From an uncultured Acidobacteriota bacterium (GTDB lineage: Bacteria > Acidobacteriota > UBA6911), in assembly GCA_963843575.1 (NCBI GenBank), contig CAWJKZ010000009.1, forward strand, positions 1 through 64,000: a stretch of DNA of 64,000 nucleotides. Reading direction: 5' to 3'. Every line of letters starts with the position of its first letter. Position 1 is the first letter of the stretch. The notes under the pieces were generated by a model that saw only the letters and a list, made by a program, of their open reading frames with translations, searched no databases and had not been told where the DNA came from. Below, piece after piece: positions 56,228 through 64,000 of the stretch. The position numbers and the translations under genes are program-made.

Positions 56228-56903
56228 CAGAGGGACCTCCTGCCACACCTGTGTACTCTTCGGAGTTCTCAGCGGATCTCGCCCGGACTGGTGCCGCTCC
56301 TCGTCGGTCTCGGCCCTGGACGATGGCCGCTGGCCAAAAAACAGCCGTCACCCTTACAAGAACGCAAACTGACCGCCGGCGTCTCCTATAAAATAAGCAA
56401 ATACTAATAGTTTGCTAGCTGATGGTCCTCATATCGGAGGTCAACCCTGTTCGTACGATCGAGCATTCTTGTGGCACAGCTCGCACAGCGCGACGAGATT
56501 GTCGAGCGTATCAGGCCCCCCAACAATCCTCTGACGTACCTCCCAGAGGCCGGGGACAAGCAGTTCGGTGCAGGTGGCCACACCTCTCCATCTCGCATTC
56601 GCATCGGCCGTCGGCCCTGCCGTAAAGGACGTTCTTTATTAAAGGGGAAGACATTAGTTCTCCTCGGGATGCGGCGACACCACCCAAGCCATGCCCCTAC
56701 CATACAAGAACGCAATCCGGCCGGCGGCGTACACCATCAAATGGCAAAAATCTTCCTTTGAGGCATCTGCCGGCAGGCCGGGATTGATGCGAACCGCCCG
56801 ACAGATTGTCTGGAGATCGATTCTCGTCGCGCACCCTCGGACAGCCGGCGGCGATGCTCGCGACCTGGCGCAGGGTCGTTTGTGGCGGAACAGTGCGGAA
56901 CAA

Positions 56904-57671
56904 CTACGGGCGGTTCAGGTCGTAAATGATTCTTAAGCCGTCGAGGGTGAGCCAGGGGGCGACGATTCGGAAGATCGTGGTCTCGCGGGCGATGATCTCC
57001 GCCAAGCTACCCGTGGCGACAACCTTCATCGTCGGCCCAAGCTCAGCGCGGAAGCGGGCGACCATACCCTCAACAAGGCCTACATAACCGAAGAGGAGAC
57101 CCGACTGCAGCGAGTGGACGGTGTTCCTCCCGATCACCGACGGAGGCCGCTGCAGGTCGACTCGAGGCAGCTTCGCAGCCCTCTGGAACAGTGCATCCGC
57201 CGCGATCCCGATCCCAGGCGCGATAGCGCCACCGAGGTAATCCCCTTCCGCGGAGATCGCATCGAATGCAGTAGCCGTGCCGAAGTCCACGACGCACGCG
57301 GGTACGCCATAGAGGGCACGGACGGCTGCCGCATCGGCCACGCGGTCGGCGCCAACCTGCCTGGGATCTTCGTACTTGAGCCGCACTCCGGTTTTGACGC
57401 CGGCATCCAGTATGAGCGGATCACGCCCGAAGTAGTCGTGGCAGACCCGTTCGAATGTTCCGGTCAATGGCGGCACGACGGACGCTATCACCGCACCCTC
57501 CACGTCCGCTGGGATTCGCCCCTGGTGCCGGAAGAGTTGGGTGATCGTGATTCCGTATTCGTCGGGCATGCGCTCATGGTCTGTCGCCAGCCTCCAGCGC
57601 GGACCCAACGTGTCACCGTCGTACAGTCCCAGGGTAATGTTCGTGTTCCCGATATCGATTGCGAGCAGCAT
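56904..57671 (-). CDS. coaX: Type III pantothenate kinase
   Basis: MLLAIDIGNTN, VGADR, VDFGTATAFD, GGAIAPG, LTLDGL; GGAGG RBS. Confidence 0.95.
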   Translation of the reverse strand: MLLAIDIGNTNITLGLYDGDTLGPRWRLATDHERMPDEYGITITQLFRHQGRIPADVEGAVIASVVPPLTGTFERVCHDYFGRDPLILDAGVKTGVRLKYEDPRQVGADRVADAAAVRALYGVPACVVDFGTATAFDAISAEGDYLGGAIAPGIGIAADALFQRAAKLPRVDLQRPPSVIGRNTVHSLQSGLLFGYVGLVEGMVARFRAELGPTMKVVATGSLAEIIARETTIFRIVAPWLTLDGLRIIYDLNRP

Positions 57672-57724
57672 ACGCCTCCGAGCGCCGAAAACGGCTCGCG
57701 ACAGCCATGGGCCGCCGCGGGAAT

Positions 57725-58056
57725 TCACAGCAATAGGTTGTCTATTAGCCTCGTCCTCCCCATCGTCACCGCAAGAGACAGCAGGACACGATCCTGAACC
57801 TGGCTGAGTTCGACCAGAGCCTCCGGATCCGCTGCCGAGACATAGTCCTCGTGAACGAGCGGTTCAGCGGCGATCAGTGCGCGCATAGCAGTGCGGAGCA
57901 CCTCCGCATCGCGCTCGCCTGCCTCGTATCTTGCGCGCGCTGCGCTCAAGGCACGGTACAGGACAGTCGCAGCCCGCCGTTCCGCAGTCGTGAGATACGT
58001 GTTGCGGCTGCTCATCGCAAGCCCATCGGGCTCCCGGACCGTCGTACATATCCCTA
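57725..58056 (-). pseudogene. panC: Pantoate-beta-alanine ligase C-terminal fragment
   Basis: TVREPDGLAMSSRN..RLIDN; N-terminal half absent. Confidence 0.85.
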
Positions 58057-58120
58057 TGAGTCGGTCCAGGAGGTTTGTCGGGAGGGGGCCCACATTCGGG
58101 CGTTCCATGATGCCGTCGAA

Positions 58121-58444
58121 CTATGGCCTGAGGTTGATGTAGTGCCAGGAATCATAAGAGTCGTTCAGGAAGTCACCTCGAAAATCATCCATCCAGACCG
58201 CAATTGTGATCGGATCGTAAATATTCTCGCACCGGGAAGTGTAGTAGGTTGCGCAGAGGTGGATAAGCGGCATGCGCCCCGGTGCAGGAATGAGGAGTCT
58301 GTCGACTTCCGCCCGGACGGCCGGTGACAGCCGCAAATAGGCTATCTGTGCCGAGACCATGTGGCCGGTGTCGTGCCAGGCCGCAGCAGGTGCAGCTGCC
58401 AGGAGCACCAAGACGAAAACGAGCGTGAGTCGCACGGCTTTCAA
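58121..58444 (-). pseudogene. S1/P1 nuclease N-terminal fragment
   Basis: Signal peptide, then WHDTGH..AQIAY, WMDD.R, WHYIN; truncated. Confidence 0.8.
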
Positions 58445-58677
58445 TCGCTACCTCCAAACGTTTCGACTGCTGCGCCGGTAGGACAATCCTCAGAACCGGC
58501 ACGACAGTGTCACAAATCCCTATTGTATATGAGAGGTGCTCTCAGAAACCCTCGAGTTGAGCGTTCGCGCTCCTGAATTTCCGCTTGCGCCCCCGTGCAC
58601 CCTTCCCGATGCTCAGCTCCCGCAGCATCCGCAGAGTTGTCTCCCTATATACTGGGTTGGCTGGCCCGTTTCTGCCC

Positions 58678-61098
58678 CTATTCCGATCGCAGTAGTTCCA
58701 TAGGATCGACGCGGGCAGCCCGCCGGGCGGGGATAAAAGCGGAAAGCAACGCGACGGAGGCCAGCAGCGCGACTACTCCCACGAAAATGAAGGGGTCGGT
58801 GGGGCTTACACCGGATAGCTGACTTGAGAGCAGGCGCGTCAGCGCTAATGCTCCAGCGCCGCCGAGAGCTGTCCCTGCTGCGGTCAGAACCAGGCTGTTG
58901 CGCAGCACCATCACGAGAACTGTGCGGGGTCGTGCGCCCAGGGCAAGCCGGATGCCGAACTCGTGTCTTCGCTGGGCTACGGCATAAGTAACCACGCCAT
59001 AGATGCCGATCGCAGCGAGCGTGAGCGCTATGACGGCAAACACTCCCATGAGCAGCATGACGACACGCTGAGATGCGAGGTTGAGCGAAAGCACGTCTTC
59101 CAATGAGCGTATGTCAGCCACCGCTCCAGTGTCGTCCAGGGACTGAGCCTCCCGCCGAATGGTCGGCACCAGATTGAGAGGGTTCATGGCCGTGCGAACG
59201 ACGAGGTGCTTATCGCCGAGCGGCGTCTGGAGAAGTGAAAAGTAGTACTGCGGTTTTGGTGGGAACAGCAGTCCGTCCTGCCGGATGTCGCCCACTATAC
59301 CGACGATCGTTCGCGCTTTCCCGTCCGGATTAATGCGCTCGCCGAGTGGATCCTTGTCTCCCCAATACTTGCGCGCCATCGCCTCGTTGATAACAGCAAC
59401 GGGCAGGCTCTGATCCGCATCCTGATTGTTGAATGCCCTGCCACGCTTCACCGGGATGCCAAGCGTGCCGAAGTACTGCGGTGTTACAAACTGCACAACC
59501 TCGTTCGGTTCCCGACCCGGCGCTGGAGCAGGCCGCCCCTCGATCGTGAACGCCCAAACCCAACCCCCGTCGGAAGGGAGATTACTGGCGAGCGCTGCCG
59601 AATACACGCCGGGCAATGCGGTGACCCGGTCCACCAGTTGACGTATTGCCGCAGTCCTCTTCGGCCATTCCGGAAAGCGCGCGTTCGAAATAGGAACCGT
59701 CATTGTCAGAATTCCGTCCCTCCCAAAACCCGGGTCCAACCGCCAGACACGAATGAAGCTCTTGATCAGGAGCCCGGCTCCAACCAGGAGAACCAGCGAA
59801 ATGGCGATTTCTGAAATGACCATCAAGCTCTTCAGCCGATTATGACGCAATCCTCCCGACGTGCTGCGCCCGCCTTCTCTTAGTACCCGGCTGGTATCGG
59901 TTCCTGCGGCCTCCAGTGCCGGGAACAGGCCGAAAATGACTCCAGTCAAAAGGGAAATCGCTAAGGCAAACAGCAGCACGGTTCCGTCAACACCGGCCGA
60001 CGGCACATCAAGTCCGTTATTGGCGAGAAAGCCGTTGATCACCTTTGATCCGCCCACTGCGCTGACGATGCCGACAAGTCCGCCGAGCAAACCGAGCAGT
60101 AAGCTCTCAGTCAGTAGCTGACCGATGACCCTGAGGCGTGTCGCTCCAAGCGCGGACCGGAGCGCCAGCTCTCTCGAGCGGGCTCCGGAGCGAGCCAGCA
60201 GCAGATTGGCAACGTTGGCGCATGCTATGAGAAGTATGAATCCGACTGCTCCAAGCAAAGGCAGCAGAGTGGGACGCAAGTGCCCTGACAGGGAATCGTG
60301 AAGCGGCACGACAAGGGTGCGGAACCCCACGCAGTCGGGATACTGTCTTTCCAGGCTGCTCATTACGACGCTCACGTCCGCCTGGGCTTGTTCCGGCGTG
60401 ATCCCGGGCCTGAGCCTCGCGACAGCCATGAATATGTGATTGCCGCGGTGCGCCTGTTTGGACAGTTCAGGCGGAAAAGGGATCCAGATTTCGGGCGCCT
60501 TGTTGACGCGGGTGAATTTGAATGGAAGGCTGAAGTTCGGCGGCATTACTCCGACAACCAGGTACGATGCTCCGTCGATCCTGACTGCCTGGCCAACGAC
60601 ATCCACCCGGCCGCCAAGCGAGCGCAGCCAGTAGCCGTGGCTCACAACCGCGACCTGGAAACCCGTCGGGGAGGAATCCGCTGTTGTAAGTACTCGCCCC
60701 ATGAGAGGCTGAACTCCCAGGGTGGGGAAAAAGCCGTCGGTAACGCACGCGATCGTAACCTGCTCCGTTGCTCCGTTCGCCCGAACGCCGGCACTCCTGC
60801 CCGTGTAAGCAGTCATGTGCTCAAAAACCCGCGTCGAAGTGCGGAAATCGTTGAAATTCGGAATCGCGAGCGGGAGCTTTTCGTTCCCCAATGCATGCGG
60901 GTACTGATCCCAAAGTGCAATGAGGCGGCTCGGATCGCGGTAAGGCAATCGGCGGAGAAATGCAGCATTCACCGTACTGAAGATAACCGTATTGGCCCCG
61001 ATTCCGAGCGCAAGAGTGGCGACTACCACGAGGGAAAAAGCAGGATTTCGCAGCAAGAGACGGACCGCGTGGCGCAAGTTTTGATAAAGGATATCCAT
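58678..61098 (-). CDS. ADOP-type duplicated MacB/FtsX permease
   Basis: LALGIGANTVIFS, LIACANVANLLLAR, GIYGVVTYAVAQRRHEFGIRLALGA, PARRAARVDPM. Confidence 0.93.
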   Translation of the reverse strand: MDILYQNLRHAVRLLLRNPAFSLVVVATLALGIGANTVIFSTVNAAFLRRLPYRDPSRLIALWDQYPHALGNEKLPLAIPNFNDFRTSTRVFEHMTAYTGRSAGVRANGATEQVTIACVTDGFFPTLGVQPLMGRVLTTADSSPTGFQVAVVSHGYWLRSLGGRVDVVGQAVRIDGASYLVVGVMPPNFSLPFKFTRVNKAPEIWIPFPPELSKQAHRGNHIFMAVARLRPGITPEQAQADVSVVMSSLERQYPDCVGFRTLVVPLHDSLSGHLRPTLLPLLGAVGFILLIACANVANLLLARSGARSRELALRSALGATRLRVIGQLLTESLLLGLLGGLVGIVSAVGGSKVINGFLANNGLDVPSAGVDGTVLLFALAISLLTGVIFGLFPALEAAGTDTSRVLREGGRSTSGGLRHNRLKSLMVISEIAISLVLLVGAGLLIKSFIRVWRLDPGFGRDGILTMTVPISNARFPEWPKRTAAIRQLVDRVTALPGVYSAALASNLPSDGGWVWAFTIEGRPAPAPGREPNEVVQFVTPQYFGTLGIPVKRGRAFNNQDADQSLPVAVINEAMARKYWGDKDPLGERINPDGKARTIVGIVGDIRQDGLLFPPKPQYYFSLLQTPLGDKHLVVRTAMNPLNLVPTIRREAQSLDDTGAVADIRSLEDVLSLNLASQRVVMLLMGVFAVIALTLAAIGIYGVVTYAVAQRRHEFGIRLALGARPRTVLVMVLRNSLVLTAAGTALGGAGALALTRLLSSQLSGVSPTDPFIFVGVVALLASVALLSAFIPARRAARVDPMELLRSE

Positions 61099-61678
61099 GA
61101 CTTACTCCGCACTAATTACTATTACGTACGATTTTGGATATCTGTATGTTCCGACTGTTCGCGACGGAATGGAAATCGTTCGAAATCAGGTTAACGTGTG
61201 GGACGTCCCCGATTTCAATTGCTTCGGCTCGCTATGTTGGCTTCTGCCCTGGGCTACCCTGTGCCGCGCTTTCAGACCCCGACTCGCCCGTTTCAGAGGT
61301 GCCGCCAAGAGACGTGGAGAGGTACCGGAGTACGGTGTAGCTCTGATCGTGGTAGCTCCGGTTCAGGTTTCTGGCCCTCTCCATGGCAACGTCGAATTCC
61401 TTGCGGCTCAGTGCTGCCTCTCCGCGCCGTAGTTAGGACGATTGAGGGAACTATGGCGTCCAGTGAACCTTTAGGATAGTTGGCACGTGGATCTGTGGCA
61501 ATGGTTTGGGTTCCCAGATGCCCCCGCTGCAGCTCAGCGAGCCGCCGGCCGGAATCACAGACCCTGATTTATCGCATAGGAGTCCGTCTCGATGTCCGCG
61601 CTAGCTGCCTGCAGTGCTACTTCACGGAGTATTGGCGACACACAACGGCCAGGTACCTCAAGTTCACCGAGGCAGCCG

Positions 61679-62836
61679 CTAATCTGCGATCAGGTAGGTC
61701 GCGTTCCCGGAAGGTGGGATGTCGAGCAAGCCTTTGTGTGCAAGCCAATTGGTCACCGCCGAATAGAAGAAGTGATACCACCACATGAAAAACTCGTTGA
61801 AGGTCGTCTCTTCCCTGTAGGGCGAGCGCCTGTGCACGTCCGCCAATCCGGCTCGATTACGTTCCAGCAAGCCCAGCAAAGCAGGGGTGATTATTGCGGC
61901 TACGCCGCCCAGTTCCATGGTTTCGGCACGACTGAATACGGTCACACGCAGTACGCCATTTTCGAACAATCCCAGTTCTTCCAGCCCTGCCTTCTGCCTT
62001 GCGATCAGGTGATCTTCCCCCGTCCGCGCGAACGAAATCATACACTCGAGCAGGGAGGCGACTTCGGCTTTGAGATCTGCTTGCGGCGGGAAGTCGAACA
62101 GCCGTATGAACTGTTCTCTTCGCAGGGAATACAGCGTGCTTCCGTCATACCTCTGGTTCCCGTAAACACACAACTGAATCCCGCGGAGAGTCAATCCCCC
62201 GTTTCCGTAGATGCCGAACGCTTCCTTCCGCTGACCGGCTGGTTTCTCAAAAACTGCGTAGTAATACCTGCGGCCGTTGCGCAACGGTCTTTCCGCCTTC
62301 AGGAACTCCCCTTCCACATTCCCGATCTGCCAGTTATCGAGAAGAACGTCGCTCAAAATGAGGAAGGCATTTAGGGAGAATCCGGCCCGGCGGATTGCCG
62401 GGACCGACTCCGCCCGAACCCGGATATCCGGAAGCCTGTCCGCGATGAGGCGGCCGGTTGCTTCAACTATGCCTGCCGCCGGGGCCATCCATTTGGCATC
62501 CTCGAGCGTGACGACCATGCATGTCGGAAGGAACTGGCCGGAGAGCGATTCCCTGACCAATCCCTCGGCAACCAGAGAATCGATCCGGCCTCGAAGTTCT
62601 TCGGGTGAGACCCCGAGATCGCGCCCGATCAGCGCCAGGTCCTTCCGGCGGTGCAAAGCCACGCAAATCTCGATCAGCCGGTTTGCCCTGATGTTGAGAG
62701 AAGGGTAGTTGTCGCCGGCTGAGATCAGCTTGGTTTCGAAAGTGGTCTCCCGCTGACAGAACCCGCTGCGGGCGAGCAACACACCCGCCCCGATGCCGGC
62801 TGCAAAGGGCGTGAGAAAGTTCCGGCGTGTCCACAT
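61679..62836 (-). CDS. Hypothetical exported protein (Tat-like signal)
   Basis: TRRNFL twin-arginine motif; 385-aa frame. Confidence 0.7.
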   Translation of the reverse strand: MWTRRNFLTPFAAGIGAGVLLARSGFCQRETTFETKLISAGDNYPSLNIRANRLIEICVALHRRKDLALIGRDLGVSPEELRGRIDSLVAEGLVRESLSGQFLPTCMVVTLEDAKWMAPAAGIVEATGRLIADRLPDIRVRAESVPAIRRAGFSLNAFLILSDVLLDNWQIGNVEGEFLKAERPLRNGRRYYYAVFEKPAGQRKEAFGIYGNGGLTLRGIQLCVYGNQRYDGSTLYSLRREQFIRLFDFPPQADLKAEVASLLECMISFARTGEDHLIARQKAGLEELGLFENGVLRVTVFSRAETMELGGVAAIITPALLGLLERNRAGLADVHRRSPYREETTFNEFFMWWYHFFYSAVTNWLAHKGLLDIPPSGNATYLIAD

Positions 62837-63112
62837 GCCTGTTCATACGCAAGAGCCGCGCTCCCGGTTCCCTTCTTCCATACATTAATTACTTTGGCCT
62901 GATTCTCCGGGTCGGGATTCAGCCAAGCGAGTGAGGGCTGGTAGTCGAACGACAACTGACGCGTGAGTTTCCGCTGGAATCTCGCCCCCATAGGCACGCA
63001 GGACCCCCGTCCTCGTATGACGGGCAGTGATGGCGGCAGTCCGTTGTATTCCTATTGCCGCATAATCTGGCCTCCACTCGGCCGTGTCTTGTCTCCGTAG
63101 TATCATGCCTCT

Positions 63113-63886
63113 ATGGAAACGATGCGGATCCTCGTATGTGCCGTGCTGGCGGCCTCGGCCGTCGCGGCCGCCCCTCCGGACAAGCTGAAGCCATTGGGAG
63201 GAGATTTTCAGATCCGCCGCGAACGTCCGCGGCTTTACCTGAATGCAGGCGACCGCGACCGGGTTCGGAGCCGGATCGGAACGAGTCACAGGGAGGAATG
63301 GCAGAGTGTCGTACGCGCCAGACAGAGCCGGGATCTCACTCAGCGTATGCTCGCCAACGCCTTTTCGTACCAGGTCACCCAGGACCCGGCTCACGCGCGT
63401 GCCGCGATCGATGCGGCATTGCAGCTGTCGGGCACGGACTTGGACCGGGTCGATGACGACCTGGGGCTCGCCTACCGCGTCTGGCCCGAATCGGTGGCGT
63501 ACGATTGGTGCTACGATCACTTCAAGCCGGAGGAGCGTCATGTGCTGCTGACTAACGTGCGCGCGCAGCTGGCCATAGCCGGCGGAAAAATTCTTGAAAC
63601 AGAGCCGCCCCACGCCGGTCACCTCGTCAACCATCTGGCCGACGCACACATTCCGGCAGGCATCGCCTTCTACGACGAGGACCCGTCCATCTTCGAACGG
63701 GCCCTCAAAGTCACGCGTTCCCAGATCGCAGCAAAGAACCTGTTCTACCGATATGGGGCTTCGAGCCAGGGCAACTCCTATGGCGTCACTCATGTCAACG
63801 GCGACTACCGCATCCTGATAATGCTGTGGAAGGCGACCGGGGTCGACCTCTTCGCCCGATTCCCTTTCTACCGGGACGCTATGTGA
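63113..63886 (+). CDS. Heparinase II/III-like (DUF4962) alpha-helical protein, probably truncated
   Basis: Signal peptide, RPRLYL, AYDWCYD..EER, QGNSYG. Confidence 0.6.
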   Translation: METMRILVCAVLAASAVAAAPPDKLKPLGGDFQIRRERPRLYLNAGDRDRVRSRIGTSHREEWQSVVRARQSRDLTQRMLANAFSYQVTQDPAHARAAIDAALQLSGTDLDRVDDDLGLAYRVWPESVAYDWCYDHFKPEERHVLLTNVRAQLAIAGGKILETEPPHAGHLVNHLADAHIPAGIAFYDEDPSIFERALKVTRSQIAAKNLFYRYGASSQGNSYGVTHVNGDYRILIMLWKATGVDLFARFPFYRDAM

Positions 63887-64000
63887 GATAAGCTCTTCAA
63901 GTGGATACATTTACATCCGCCAGCCACTATTACATCTCCACATCCCAAGTCCACGTCCAAACCCACGTCCACGCCGAGGTCCAGGTCCGGGACGGACAGC

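Noticed and set aside
61250-61290. REP-like GCCCTGGGCT..CTTTCAG motif
   Set aside because: Single partial copy in the window
63900-64000. Degenerate GTCCAC/ACATCC hexamer run
   Set aside because: Short low-complexity tract with no repeat-spacer structure; not CRISPR

Overview
High-GC bacterial window (Acidobacteria/Chloroflexi-like gene content) that reads as a mosaic of segments, with many indel-type frameshifts and truncated genes. Contents in order: a surface-polysaccharide locus (Asp-box protein, GT2s, WbsX-like protein, Wzm/Wzt); an IS91-type rolling-circle element with two tyrosine recombinases; an IS110/IS1111 element; a VapBC module; an RND efflux system; a ~15 kb lipid cluster; two-component genes; a di-heme cytochrome c; a CusCBA + NosL-like copper operon; coaX and a panC fragment; an ADOP permease; hypothetical genes. 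The stand-out is the co-oriented cluster at 24888-39697. It encodes a lipoxygenase, an atypical cytochrome P450 fused to two cNMP-binding domains, a patatin phospholipase with two cNMP-binding domains, and a fungal-like highly reducing PKS (KS-AT-DH-MT-ER-KR-ACP) ending in a PlsC acyltransferase. By inference this is a cyclic-nucleotide-gated bacterial oxylipin ('eicosanoid-like') pathway that makes a lipid, stores it in the membrane, releases it, oxygenates it and rearranges it. No tRNA, rRNA or CRISPR array was seen.
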